DNA of 63,901 nt, filler included, from Octopus bimaculoides (Eukaryota): NCBI RefSeq assembly GCF_001194135.2. It is 7 parts of 7 records of this genome, joined end to end, with 100 filler letters (N's around TTAATTAATTAA, not from the genome) between each part and the next. Parts side by side here need not be neighbours in the genome. Positions count along the whole stretch, not along the records: positions 1 to 14,065 come from NC_068983.1; 6 more parts are not named here. One strand, written 5' to 3'. The position numbers and the translations under genes were made by a program. Of this stretch, positions 1-13,150 are shown in pieces (the first letter of the stretch is position 1; each line of letters opens with the position of its first letter). Under the pieces are notes generated by a model. That model had not been told where the DNA came from. It saw only the letters and a program-made list of their open reading frames with translations, and made no database searches.

Positions 1-72
<72 letters not shown>
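1..72. repeat. (TTA)n microsatellite
   Basis: Pure ttattatta run from the window start to base 72. Confidence 0.98.
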
Positions 73-73
<1 letters not shown>

Positions 74-290
74 GGCGGTGAGCTGGCGGAATCATTAGCG
101 AGCGGGGCAAAATGTTTCACGGTATTTTGTCAGTCTTCTTGTTCTGAACTCAAATTCCGCCGAGGTCGATTTTGCCTTTCATCCTTTCGAGGTCGATAAA
201 TTAAGTACCAGTGAAACACTGAGGTCGATGTAATCGACTAGTCCTCTCCCACCAAATTTCAAGCTTTGTGCCTTTAGTAGAAAGGATTAT
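73..290 (+). mobile_element. tRNA-type SINE, family A
   Basis: Head taaggcggtgagctggcggaatcattagc, box-B-like gttctgaactcaaattccgcc, core gaggtcgattttgcctttcatcctttcgaggtcgataaattaagtacc, and a TAT-rich tail. The same layout recurs at least 8 times in the window. Confidence 0.85.
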
Positions 291-310
291 TACTATTGTT
301 ATTGTTGTTT

Positions 311-525
311 AAGGCGGCAGGTTGGCAGAATCGTTAGCTCCCGGGCAAAATGTTTAGCGGCATTACGTCAGTCTTTACATACTGAATTCAAATTCCTCTG
401 AGGTCGATTTTGCCTTTCATCCTTCGGAGTCGATAAAATAAGTACAAATTCAGCACTGGGGTCGATTTAATCGACTTAACCCCTTCTCTGAAATTGCTGG
501 CTTTGTGCCAAAATTTGAAATCATT
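311..525 (+). mobile_element. tRNA-type SINE, family A (tandem second copy)
   Basis: Same head and core (aaggcggcaggttggcagaatcgttagc...gaggtcgattttgcctttcatccttcggagtcgataaaataagtac), ending in cattattatcattg. Confidence 0.85.
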
Positions 526-539
526 ATTATCATTGTCGT

Positions 540-3470
540 TGTTTACGTTATTGTTGTTTTGTTTCATATGAGCTGTCCCAAGTCTTACCCAGAGACCTCA
601 ATTAACATCGAGTCGGACGTTTTACTATAGGTGTTAGTTATGATTAGCAACGATACGGGAAGGAGACAAGAATCTGAGAACTAAGATTCTGTTAAATTTA
701 TAATATTTCAGCTTTGAATGATGTTTTAAGAGAATCAAGATGCGGGCAGTACCCATGAGAACAATCTTTTATAGTTCTGATACCTTGAGATTTCTGGTAG
801 TTGGTCATAGTGTTTAAGAGCATCATTTGGTATTGTCCGAAAAACTCCGATGATCACAGGTACAGTAGTTATTCTTAAATGCTACATTTTTGAAACTTCT
901 TTCTGAAGGAGCAAAGATTGTTTGTCAACATAAGTGCTCCGAAGTGCTGTTGCTGAATGTCTCTTGTTGTGAGATTTACAAATAGTAATTTTCTAATTCT
1001 TTCTGAAGGTTTTACTTAATTTCTCAAATATTTTTCAGAAACAGTTTTGTAGTTTGCTGAGATTAGCCTATCTATTGTCAACGTGATCCTCCCCACCTCA
1101 CAAAATCTGGTCTATTGGCTTGTATAGCACAATCATTATGGATTCTAAAGTTCCAAAGAACGGTGATATCATTATTTTTCCACTACTTTAGCAGGGTTAT
1201 GTTCCCACCATTTCTTTTTATATGGGAGTTCAGATTCACAGCATATGATTCAATGCAAATACTGTCCAAGCCTATCATGACGATTAATATATCCATTTGA
1301 GGCAAACATAGAGCATCCAGAGATGCTCTGTTAATTGCTTTCCTGGCTACATCACAAAAGCGGCAGGAAGGATCAGCACCATTTTTAAGAATGCTAGCTT
1401 GATAGTTCCTGGTGGTCAGACACTGATCCTGAGCTGCTCTAACGAAGCCCTCCGTTTCCGATTTTAGTCTAGATGCAGCCAACCGTTGTTGGGACATATT
1501 TGAATTAACATAAATGTCACTGCAATTCCTTACTTTTCCATGTATTTTGCAGAAACTGAGATTCCATTTTATTTGGCTTGTGCTTCTATCTGTCTTGCTA
1601 TAACGGTGGGTTCATGTTTCATTTAGTTGCGTCTCAGTTTAGCTGATCTTTAATTCCTGTACATACGTTCTTTGCTTCTAATACTGAGTACATTTTTTTT
1701 TAACTTACATATTTGCAGACAAGTTTAAGCATCCAGTCATTGGTGTTCTTTACCTAGGCGTCTATCCTCATGGTTGCAGTCTTTAGAGACAGTTGCAGCT
1801 GTATCAGCCCACGCCATCAATCCTTTCGTGGGATGTATAGTCTATCTACATTTACCATCGGATGATGCATGTGATGCATTGTGAGGAGCTTGCGTATTTT
1901 TGTATCAATTTTACTGATTTCGCTGATGGACCATGATTTGTTGTTAAAGCTGTAAGTCACAACAGGTATAGCCAAGGCATTGATTGCAACATTCCTCTTT
2001 TTCGTATTAAGTTTGCTCTTTATGATAGCTCTAACTCTACGACAACATTTTTTTCCGGATTTTTCGCGCATTTGGAGTGCTGGACACCACTCCTTTCACA
2101 TACACCTAAATATTTGTAATTTGTTTCAGGGCCTGATTACTTGATGCTAGTCTATCTGTTGTTCGTTTTCAGGAGTTTTCTCTTGAAGAATGTGGTTTTA
2201 GCATATTTATCAAGGTCGAACTCCATTGTTTTACTACAGTTAAAAGGCATTCCAGTGGTTGATCAGCTTTCGTGTAAAACTTTAGATCATCCATGAAACA
2301 GAGGTAATTGATTTGTCTGTCGTATACTCTGTGCCCATGTTTTATATCATCCAACAACTTACTTAGGCAAATGAGAGCCACGTAAAAGGGTACTGGTGAT
2401 AGAGAATCGCCTTGAAAACTGCTGAAGTTTATCCCGATGCCACCTGCGTTTATAGTACCTGTCTCTGAATTCAGTAGAATTGTTAAGATACAAAAAAAAA
2501 ATGTTTTCCATTGCTTCATAGTATTCGATAAAGTGATTTTATATAATTCCAAGCATTTTTCAGTCCATCTATGGGAAAGCCTGCCAAACGCTTTTTTATA
2601 ATTAATTTATGCAATAGTAAGAGTTTTGCGGCGTTTGTAGCTGTCCTCAAGGACCATTTTATTGATTAAAAGTTTGCTTTTATAACCATACGAGCCACGT
2701 TTACAAGCTCGTTGGGAAATATCTTGTCGGGAAAGTATATGTATATTTAGTAATGATAGACGTTAGTAGTTTATACATTGTTTTAAGACATGTAATTTGT
2801 TGGTAGTTATGGGGGCTACTAGTTTTATCATTTTGGGGAGGCAAGTGACTCTATTTACCAGCCAGGGAGGTTTTTTTTTCCTGAGATCATGCATAATGCT
2901 ATTGTAGAGACAAGGTGAGGGTCCCATGAGATTCGGTGAAAGCATTCAACACGAAGTTAAGGACTTAATCTTTTCCCAGGTGATTTCCATGCTGAATTTC
3001 TCTCAATGCAGACCTGAAGTCTTCAACAGAGATGTCTTTCCATATTTGTTCTTTAGTATATTCAAAGTCTGTGACTTATTGATGAATCCAAGGAGCATCA
3101 CAGTTGTATTTTTTAGGGTGCAAACAGATCGATGGTCCAGAAATTTTGTACTTCTACATCAATATGTGTGATCTCGATAGTTGTGTTAGCTTTTGCTAAT
3201 TTCCTATAAGAACTTTTTTAAAATGTTCCGGAACATATTGTTATCCTTGAAAATGTTTTGATATTTTTTCAATCCTCTTAATCTGTGTTGATTCGGTGTG
3301 GATAATTTACTCGATTTATTTTCAATTGCTTCGACGATTTCGCTTACTCTTTTTATGTCATATTTTCTTTTCAGATTCTTAGCTTTTGGTAGCTTAGCCC
3401 TTTTTTTGCTTTTCATTTCTTGAGTATTTCAATATCAGATGCTTGTTATAATCTCTCCAGATGGTAGGCC
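540..3470 (-). mobile_element. Decayed R4/Dong-like non-LTR retrotransposon (RT + zinc knuckle + RLE)
   Basis: Minus-strand fragments in the expected order: KRKYDIK...DNNMFRN (3204-3416); RT pieces QGDSLSPVPFYVAL and INYLCFMDDLKFY (2169-2552); AINALAIPVVTYSF..DTKIRKLLTMH..VDRLYIPRK (1817-2071); KSETEGFVRAAQDQCLTTRNY..CRFC (1183-1497); then TVPVIIGV and KKIVLMGTARIL near 750-870. Many stops and frameshifts. Confidence 0.9.
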
Positions 3471-3584
3471 TAATCAGAAAAACGCAAACATACACGCATA
3501 TACAATCATATAAAACGTATATATATATATTTACATACACACGAGCACACACAAATACATACTCACACACATAGCCCCCCTACA

Positions 3585-3625
<41 letters not shown>

Positions 3626-4060
3626 NNNNNNNNNNNNNNNNNNNNNNNNNNNNNNNNNNNNNNNNNNNNNNNNNNNNNNNNNNNNNNNNNNNNNNNNNNN
3701 NNNNNNNNNNNNNNNNNNNNNNNNNNNNNNNNNNNNNNNNNNNNNNNNNNNNNNNNNNNNNNNNNNNNNNNNNNNNNNNNNNNNNNNNNNNNNNNNNNNN
3801 NNNNNNNNNNNNNNNNNNNNNNNGATCGCATACCCTAAAATTTCAGGTCCAATATGGATTGCACAGCGCCTCACAAGCCCTATCTGCCTTATAGACGTGA
3901 TCTAGAGAAATCCATGGCAAGATATCCAATGTCAATATGGGTCACAGGCTCAAGAATGTGAGAGCATCATGATCTTAAGCTCAAGCAAAATATCCCCAGA
4001 ATGCGCCATTCTATGCATATGCGGATTATATTAGAATGACCTTCTCCTAGAGACATGCTT

Positions 4061-4109
<49 letters not shown>

Positions 4110-4149
4110 TGAAAACAACTTAATTCTTCAAATCACTACAAATGCTGGA

Positions 4150-4690
4150 CTAGCAATCATTAATGATCTCTCTTAACGAACGACCTCACGTGTATAATCT
4201 TATTAGGTCTTCACTCCAAAGATTATTCTTCATTTTCCAGACAGACTTCAGCTCTGAACAATTTGAAATCCTTGACAAAAGTCAAACAAGCCCCACACTG
4301 AAATGCAACTTACATATATGGGACTCCACAGGGGCTACCTACAAAAAAAAAAAAGAATATTAAAAAATAAAAGAGAAAAAATAATAGCTTGTATTTCAAA
4401 TCTATCATTCGCCTGATTGGCAAAAACTTATTCAGCAACATGCTACAACGACTCACTCACAAATGTACTGATTTTCCTCTCTACTTCTTCTACGGTTACT
4501 ATAACGAGTTTCGCTCACCTGAACTAGTAAGTTCTTATAATTTAGCTCTGCTAATGCACCCATCGCTTTATTCTATTCATCTTTAGTGTGCCAAACCAAA
4601 ATCCTTCATTAATAACTTCTGAATTCTACTGAAGTTCAAATTAAATGTCAACTGCATCGAACTTACCCGTCTTGGAAATGCTACGGGAGC
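4150..4690 (+). mobile_element. L2/CR1-like LINE 3' remnant
   Basis: KSIIRLIG..LQRLTHKCTDFPLYFFYGYYNEFRSPEL resembles the post-RT motif (LxHRRxxxxLxxFYRYYxGxCSxEL) of L2/CR1-group LINEs. Similar pieces occur at 10060-10300 and 11640-11890. Confidence 0.6.
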
Positions 4691-4929
4691 TTTGAATATA
4701 TATATATATAATCAGCATTCTAGGATGGACACACACACACACACACATATATGAGAAACCTATTACTGCATGTATGTATGAAAAAAAAATCTAGTTTCTT
4801 CTTTAGCTGAAAATATTGTACATAGAAAAATGTTGAAAACATATAATGATATGAACAAGTAAGCTGCGATTGCGTATTTTACAGAAAAATTTTAAAAAGA
4901 AGGAAAAGGCGATATGCTGCTGCTCTAAA

Positions 4930-5100
4930 TATTGGTTTCAAATTTTGGCACAAGGCTAGCAATTCGGGGGACGGGGAAAATTGATTAAATCAACCCCGGT
5001 GCTCAACAAGTACCTAATTTATTGGCCCCGAAAGGATGGAAAACAAAGTCGACCTCGGCGGAATTTGAACTCTGAACGTAAAGATGAACGAAATGTCGCT
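4930..5100 (-). mobile_element. SINE family A
   Basis: Reverse complement of the family A core: ccccgaaaggatggaaaacaaagtcgacctcggcggaatttgaactctgaacg. Confidence 0.8.
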
Positions 5101-5214
5101 ATATATGTTCTTTTCTATATCTAATTGCTTGAATTTATCCAGTGAGGAATCCTCCTAACGAAGATACAAAGCTCCACCATTGGAACGTAGATAACAAAAA
5201 CAACGTGATAAGTT

Positions 5215-5545
5215 GAACTTGACAATGGTTTCGCATATTTTTACTGTTCCACTTACAGATTGTGTTTGTTAGCCGGCTGATTTCTTTAACTGATAACCTG
5301 GGGTTTATAAGTGCTGAAGCTTTGAAAGCTGTTATCTGTAGTTACCTTTTTCTCTTTAATTATCGAAGAGATATTCTCACCTATGGGAAGGTGACTTCTA
5401 TGACGGTATATATACTTTTTCTTGTCTGTCCCAAACAACTGTATCCAGCATGTTATAGTTTACTTTCATGTAACATGGAAGTCAATGAAAAAGAGGTTTC
5501 TCGTTATGGAATACTTCGTTGCGGCAAGATCTCTGAGGCTATAAC
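5215..5545 (-). mobile_element. 3' end of a second RLE-type non-LTR family
   Basis: Frameshifted minus-strand pieces DTVVWDRQEK / TVIEVTFP / QSVSGTVKICETIVKF resemble an RLE domain and its C-terminus. The nucleotide stretch aatctgtaagtggaacagtaaaaatatgc is shared with 55391-55420 on the plus strand. Confidence 0.6.
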
Positions 5546-6253
5546 ATTACTATAACATGGGAGCTGCCTCTATTTATTTTTATTAAAGAAAACATTATTA
5601 AAGAGCCGCGTGCGCGCATACACACACACACACACACACACANNNNNNNNNNNNNNNNNNNNNNNNNNNNNNNNNNNNNNNNNNNNNNNNNNNNNNNNNN
5701 NNNNNNNNNNNNNNNNNNNNNNNNNNNNNNNNNNNNNNNNNNNNNNNNNNNNNNNNNNNNNNNNNNNNNNNNNNNNNNNNNNNNNNNNNNNNNNNNNNNN
5801 NNNNNNNNNNNNNNNNNNNNNNNNNNNNNNNNNNNNNNNNNNNNNNNNNNNNNNNNNNNNNNNNNNNNNNNNNNNNNNNNNNNNNNNNNNNNNNNNNNNN
5901 NNNNNNNNNNNNNNNNNNNNNNNNNNNNNNNNNNNNNNNNNNNNNNNNNNNNNNNNNNNNNNNNNNNNNNNNNNNNNNNNNNNNNNNNNNNNNNNNNNNN
6001 NNNNNNNNNNNNNNNNNNNNNNNNNNNNNNNNNNNNNNNNNNNNNNNNNNNNNNNNNNNNNNNNNNNNNNNNNNNNNNNNNNNNNNNNNNNNNNNNNNNN
6101 NNNNNNNNNNNNNNNNNNNNNNNNNNNNNNNNNNNNNNNNNNNNNNNNNNNNNNNNNNNNNNNNNNNNNNNNNNNNNNNNNNNNNNNNNNNNNNNNNNNN
6201 NNNNNNNNNNNNNNNNNNNNNNNNNNNNNNNNNNNNNNNNNNNNNNNNNNNNN

Positions 6254-6285
<32 letters not shown>

Positions 6286-7041
6286 CACTTGATTGAATTT
6301 CAGGTTGTAAAAGTTGCGCGCGCGTGTGGAAAGAGAGATAGAGAGAGTGAGGTGTTGGATGAGAAGAAAGGAAAATGAAGAAATGAAGAAGGGGGAGTAG
6401 GATTAAAAAAAGGAACAGTGATATTATCTGGGTAACTTTCGGAAGAGATATGACAGCAACAAGAACAGCAGCACTTTTAATGTTGACGGATTGATATTGC
6501 TGTTGATGTTGGTGATGGCTGAGCTCGTATTGGTTAAAGATGTTATAATTTAGAGCACCGCAGTAGAGAGAGGTGAGGTGAAATTAGAAGGAGGGAAGGC
6601 GAGTGAGAAATATTGAAATAGAAAAACACGAGAGCCAGAAAAGTGTAAGAGTAACTAACGTTTGCAATTATGGTAATGTTAGGGTAGAAAAAAGTCACTT
6701 ATAATAATAGTAGTAGTAGGATACTGTAAGCGAGCTAACTTTACGTTGGAACTACTGAATTTGGCAGTGCTCAACAAAGCTATCATAATCAGCAGGTGAT
6801 TCTGAAAAACTATATTGTTTTAGCAGTATTATAATTGGCTGAAACCATCGCATTACCATGTTTGGGATATAACTTCAATAGACCATGTAAAACTAGTAGA
6901 GAATTGGATCCGGTAAAATATTAATTATTATCTTAAATATAAATAAAAGCATAAAATGAAAAGGAAAAAAAAAGAGGAAGAACCATATGCCTTCTCTCGT
7001 TTTGCTTTATGAGAGTGAAAGTGAGTGAGTGAGTGAGTGAG

Positions 7042-7098
<57 letters not shown>

Positions 7099-7489
7099 NN
7101 NNNNNNNNNNNNNNNNNNNNNNNNNNNNNNNNNNNNNNNNNNNNNNNNNNNNNNNNNNNNNNNNNNNNNNNNNNNNNNNNNNNNNNNNNNNNNNNNNNNN
7201 NNNNNNNNNNNNNNNNNNNNNNNNNNNNNNNNNNNNNNNNNNNNNNNNNNNNNNNNNNNNNNNNNNNNNNNNNNNNNNNNNNNNNNNNNNNNNNNNNNNN
7301 NNNNNNNNNNNNNNNNNNNNNNNNNNNNNNNNNNNNNNNNNNNNNNNNNNNNNNNNNNNNNNNNNNNNNNNNNNNNNNNNNNNNNNNNNNNNNNNNNNNN
7401 NNNNNNNNNNNNNNNNNNNNNNNNNNNNNNNNNNNNNNNNNNNNNNNNNNNNNNNNNNNNNNNNNNNNNNNNNNNNNNNNNNNNNNNNN

Positions 7490-7547
<58 letters not shown>

Positions 7548-8385
7548 AACATTTGCTACGCAATTCCAAAATTGGAATGAATAACTGGAAGTATAAGTTG
7601 TGATATGTTACTGAATATATTTCTGAATTTGAGATAATTCTTAACCAGTAAATAATAGCATAATCAAACATTACAACACATAGGAAGAAAATACAATTGT
7701 TTGATAAAAGAAAAATAATGAAATAAGACATTTATTTACATAATATTATGTTAGGCATTTGGGTTACAAAATTCCTTCTTGTAGAATAGTCTTTATTTAT
7801 TTTAGTTATTTAATATAGGAATTGGTGAACGTTAGCGTCGTTGCTTACTTACAGACAAGCACTAGTTCTGTAACTACAGTGTTATCCCGTTATTTATTTA
7901 TTTATTTATTGTTTGTTTGTGGTCTGTTTCATGTCGTTGTTTATATTATACATACATGCATTTCATACATACATATGTGTATTTGTGTGTGCGTGTGGAT
8001 GTATGTATATATATACATGTGTGTGTGTATATATGTGATGTGTATGTGTGTGTATGGGTGTATGTGTATGAGCGTGTGTGTGCGTGTGAAGACGCGTGGC
8101 TTAATGCGCTGTGATTGTAAGATTGTAGTTTCGATTCCTGGACCGGGCGATGCGTTGTGTTTTTGAGCGAAACACTTGATTCCATGTTGCTCTTGTTTAC
8201 TCGACAGGCAAAAATTGAGTTACCCAGCGACGGACCGACCGGTGTCCGTCCAGGGGAATAATATATACACCACAGAACTCAGGAATCCGGCCTTTTGAGC
8301 CTATGGCTTGGGAAGGACCGTTGGTATTTTTTATTAATACACACACATATATGTATATGTATGCATATAGATTTATATATATGCA

Positions 8386-8442
<57 letters not shown>

Positions 8443-8622
8443 GTGCATACATATATATATACACATATATATATATATGCGTATACATATATATACATAT
8501 ACATATATATAAATGTACATACATATAAATATATATATACTTACATATACATATACATATATACATACATATAAATACATGTACATATATATATACATAT
8601 ATATGTATATATGTACATATCT

Positions 8623-8655
<33 letters not shown>

Positions 8656-9260
8656 NNNNNNNNNNTATATATATATACATATATATACATATATATACAG
8701 ATATATATATATACAGATATATATATACACATATATACATATAGACATATATATATATATAAACATATATATACATAAATATACATATATATACATACAC
8801 ATATATATATACATACATATATATACATATATATACATATATATACATATATACAAATACATATACATATATATACACACATATATATTCATACNNNNNN
8901 NNNNNNNNNNNNNNNNNNNNNNNNNNNNNNNNNNNNNNNNNNNNNNNNNNNNNNNNNNNNNNNNNNNNNNNNNNNNNNNNNNNNNNNNNNNNNNNNNNNN
9001 NNNNNNNNNNNNNNNNNNNNNNNNNNNNNNNNNNNNNNNNNNNNNNNNNNNNNNNNNNNNNNNNNNNNNNNNNNNNNNNNNNNNNNNNNNNNNNNNNNNN
9101 NNNNNNNNNNNNNNNNNNNNNNNNNNNNNNNNNNNNNNNNNNNNNNNNNNNNNNNNNNNNNNNNNNNNNNNNNNNNNNNNNNNNNNNNNNNNNNNNNNNN
9201 NNNNNNNNNNNNNNNNNNNNNNNNNNNNNNNNNNNNNNNNNNNNNNNNNNNNNNNNNNNN

Positions 9261-9318
<58 letters not shown>

Positions 9319-9667
9319 TAATATTTTCAGATCTGAAAAACAGAAACTTTTACATATGAAATCTTTCAAAAGACGACCCTAAAGTAATTACGTGAAACGT
9401 AAGAAAACTTGTGAAGTGGGCAACGCAGCATCGGAAGTTTCTACTCTACACATTACTATATAAAGGCAATATCATTCCTATCTTCGCCAGCTGTCTGCTT
9501 AAAATTACTGGTACCTATTTTACTGGTCTCAAACGCACCTAATATTTAATTATAGGAACACGAGACGATAAAGTAGGGTTGTTAGTATTTTATGCGATGC
9601 AGTTATTGCTATGACAGATTGGCAGATTATACCACAGTAAAAACGTATTTAATCAGAGGACATGATA

Positions 9668-9890
9668 AACATTGGCTTCAAATTCTGGCACAAAGCCAGC
9701 ACTTTCGGGGGAGAGGGTAAATCGATTACATCGATCACATTACTCAACTCCTTCCTAATTTATCGACTCCGTAATGATGAAAGGCAAAGTCGACCTCGGC
9801 TGAATTTGTATTCAGAACGTAAAGACGAGTGAAATGCCGTAAAGCATTTTGGCTTTTGACCCTACGTTTCTGCCAGCTGGCCGACTAATA
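9668..9890 (-). mobile_element. SINE family A
   Basis: gatgaaaggcaaagtcgacctcggctgaatttgtattcagaacg...cgtttctgccagct is the reverse complement of the family A core and head. Confidence 0.8.
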
Positions 9891-10059
9891 TGACATGATA
9901 AATATTGAAAGAATTATCTATCCTTATTGTCCAATATTATTTGTTTTGTCAGTAAACAAATTGAAAATATTTTACCGTTCCTCTCGAACATTTGAAAGGC
10001 CACTGCTGCAAAACATGTAAAACGTTTTGCATGTCAAACATGTAACCATGCGCAGGGGA

Positions 10060-10300
10060 AAAGATTTCAGAAGACCGACGTTCTGAGAAAGAAGGATTTG
10101 GTATAGGGGTCAGTGGTGGAAGGTGAACACAATATAGGAGACGAGAAGAGGACAGATAAGTGATTCGGGAGTGTCTGAGTGGCAGTGGCACAAAATCGTT
10201 CAGCTTTGAAGAACAAGAGCCACTTAAGTAGCGATAGAAAAATGCAGACGAGATGGTATGTATGTTGGTCAAAGGTTAGAGTAGCGGTTCACAGCCGGAG
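10060..10300 (-). mobile_element. L2/CR1-like LINE 3' remnant
   Basis: The minus ORF contains SAFFYRYLSGSCSSKLNDFVPLPLRHSRITYLSSS, matching the LINE C-terminal FYRYxxGxCSxEL motif. Confidence 0.7.
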
Positions 10301-11182
10301 TCCATATGTCCCTTCGAGATCTATATGAGATTTTATTGCTCAAATTTATGCGCTACATTCTGGTTATATTTTTACATTACGTTTTTTGAATTTACAACAC
10401 CTGAGGAGTTTCTTTATTCTGAGCGGAACTTATCTTGATCTATTTATTGTAAATTGCACAGATCTTTCCCACTATTATGTGGCCACGAAACGCACTTAGT
10501 CTATTATTCACTTTCTTTTTTATAAATTCACTAAACTGAATTAAATTTTTAATCTGATATTTTATAGATTTTATGGATTATAAACTTTTCTTTTGGATTT
10601 TATAGATTTTTGAATCAGTATTTTGAAGAGTACGTTTTTCTTGATGGTGTCTGATCTCCTTCATTGTTTGGATTGCATCTTGGTGGTTCTTCTCTAAATT
10701 ATTAATATATTTTTCATTATAAAATTCAATTTGGTATTATTAAATTGAATATCCTTGTAAGTTTGGATTTTGACATTTCCTAATATTATAATATATATAT
10801 ACATACATACAGCAAATGAAAGACAGAAGATGGAATATACGAAAATTTTATGTTAATAACAACAATTGTTTCGATACATCTAGTATCGATTCCTCTTGGG
10901 TGGGACACTCAACAACTGGTTCAGGAGTATCCGGTGGTGCAGATGTATCTCTTCGGGTGATAGATAAANNNNNNNNNNNNNNNNNNNNNNNNNNNNNNNN
11001 NNNNNNNNNNNNNNNNNNNNNNNNNNNNNNNNNNNNNNNNNNNNNNNNNNNNNNNNNNNNNNNNNNNNNNNNNNNNNNNNNNNNNNNNNNNNNNNNNNNN
11101 NNNNNNNNNNNNNNNNNNNNNNNNNNNNNNNNNNNNNNNNNNNNNNNNNNNNNNNNNNNNNNNNNNNNNNNNNNNNNNNNNN

Positions 11183-11219
<37 letters not shown>

Positions 11220-11227
11220 TATATCTA

Positions 11228-11440
11228 TGTGTGTCTGTGTTTGTCCCCCACCAGCGCTTGAGAACTGATGTTGGTGTGTTTAGATCATTGTAACTTAGTG
11301 GTTCTGCAAAAGAATAGAATAATTACTTGGCTTAAAAAAGTCCTGGGGTCGATTTATTCGACCAAAACCCTTCGGGGCGGTACCCCAGCATGTCCGCAGT
11401 CAAATGATTGAAACAAGGGGGAAAAAAAGATAAAAAACGA
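11228..11440 (+). mobile_element. SINE family B, 3' half
   Basis: gtgtttgtcccccaccagcgcttg...aagtcctggggtcgatttattcgac...ccccagcatgtccgcagtcaaatgattgaaacaag matches the 3' half of the copies at 23516 and 25190. Confidence 0.8.
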
Positions 11441-11510
11441 TACGTAATCATAAAAATTTAGAAGTTTTTAGACATCGAATGGATATGAGGTCACCTCACC
11501 TCCTGAGCAA

Positions 11511-11600
11511 AATAGGAATCCATAGGTAAAAAGGAATCCATAGCTAAAAGGAATCCATAGGTAAAAAGGAATCCATAGGTAAAAGGAATCCATAGGTAAA
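11511..11600. repeat. 17-18 bp minisatellite (aaaggaatccataggta), 5 copies
   Basis: ggaatccatag starts at 11515, 11533, 11550, 11568 and 11585. Confidence 0.95.
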
Positions 11601-11639
11601 AAAAAAAGAATGGATGAGAACCCCTGGCTTAGAGTGTGC

Positions 11640-11890
11640 TGGTGACAGCAGTGAAGCGAACGAGGTGGGGGAGGGAGTACTCCGCACCGGGTGACACTTT
11701 TATGGACTCAGCACTTTTGAGTCTGTTGTATAAGCCCCAGGTGGCACACGTTCCTGCTATTCCACTGGTTGGGGAGCGACATAATGTCGATCAGTCGAGT
11801 GACCTCTCTTTGGATGCTGCCTAAGATGCTTGTATGTGTAGCATCAATACCGTCCTAGATGTGGATATCAGTATTGACTACTTCCTAACC
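11640..11890 (-). mobile_element. L2/CR1-like LINE remnant
   Basis: The minus strand reads SILGSIQREVTRLIDIMSL, resembling the LINE motif LDSIQRRAVRLI. Confidence 0.5.
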
Positions 11891-12924
11891 TAACAGTCTT
11901 GCTCATGAAAACTATTTTTTCACCGACCGTTGTTCGTGAAAAACATATACTAACTTTAATATAGTAACTTAATTTTAATGATAAATTACATAAATTGCAA
12001 TTTGCAAATTGCTCTTGTTTTATTATTTTAAAGGTTATTTTCTTTGATATTACACTTTTAAAAGTATTATCTTCCTAACCACACAACTAACACTACATTA
12101 TATACAGTTTTTTTATTTTATTTTTCAGAATCAGTCCTACATAACAACTTCTCCATAGCAAGCATTTCTCTCATTCCAAGAAATCCATAAATCCTCGATC
12201 TTTGTATTTAATTGCTCCAGTAATAACGTTTAAAACTATATTTAAAAAAATCATATGAAAATATTTCCCTTACATTTAACAATTTACAACATACACCTCT
12301 TTAAAACAATGTTTTTACCAACCTTAAAAGAATTTCTTAATGGACTCGTCAGAGTTAAAATATCAGCTGCTCATTAGAGTTCTATGCTTGGTGTAATTAC
12401 ATTAGAAATATTAGGACTATTGAAGAATATCTACGAATTTTAGTTATTTTGACATGATATTTTTTTACTTATTTCTGGAGGGGTAAAATGTGGCCCAAGA
12501 ATATCCTGAATTGAAAGAATTTATATGGCTGATGGAGTTGTTCTTGTTTAACTACGAGCCAGCCCTGATTGACTAGACGTGTGATTAAAGGCATTCTTAT
12601 GATCCAGTGATAAGATTTGTTAGAGAGACGACCTTACAACGCAAAGGTAAGGCTAAATTAGATTACAAGAGTCGAAATAAAAATGTAACTCTTTATTTCA
12701 AAAGTAGACCTAATTTGTTTTGAATTAAGTTTAGAATTGCCATGTTAAAAGAATTTAAATATCGATAAGATTACAAACACGAAAGAGGGATACACACTAG
12801 AAGAGTTAACAGCGGTTAAAAGTTTGGATTAACAAATAAAAAGCAAATGTCACAACTAGAATTGTAGATGCTTTTGTTGTTTGTTTTCCATTCATATATT
12901 CATATTATTATTTTTATACTTAAG

Positions 12925-13150
12925 GTGGCGAGATGGCTGAACCGTGAGCACGCCAGGCAAAATAAAAAATAAAAAATGCTTAGCAGCATTTCGTCTGCCT
13001 TCATTTCTGAGTTCAAATTCCACCGACCTGACTTTGCCTTTCATCCTTCTGGGGACGATAACATAAGTACCTGTCAAGTAGTAGGGTCAATGAAATCGAC
13101 TTTCCCCTCCCCTTAAAAAACTGCTGGCACTGTGCCAAAATTCGAAACCA
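12925..13150 (+). mobile_element. SINE family A
   Basis: ttaaggtggcgagatggctgaacc...ttctgagttcaaattccacc...gactttgcctttcatccttctgggg...gtgccaaaattcgaaaccattataat. Confidence 0.85.

Noticed and set aside
73-150. tRNA-like box A/B sequences in SINE heads (also 25190, 37670, 50740-50810, 63805)
   Set aside because: They run into SINE bodies and have no complete cloverleaf, so they are not tRNA genes.
3824-4030. Possible Tx1-like RT remnant on the minus strand (also a possible Penelope-like piece at 10300-10780 and an hAT-like EYPEL at 12490)
   Set aside because: The motif resemblance is too weak to support by eye.
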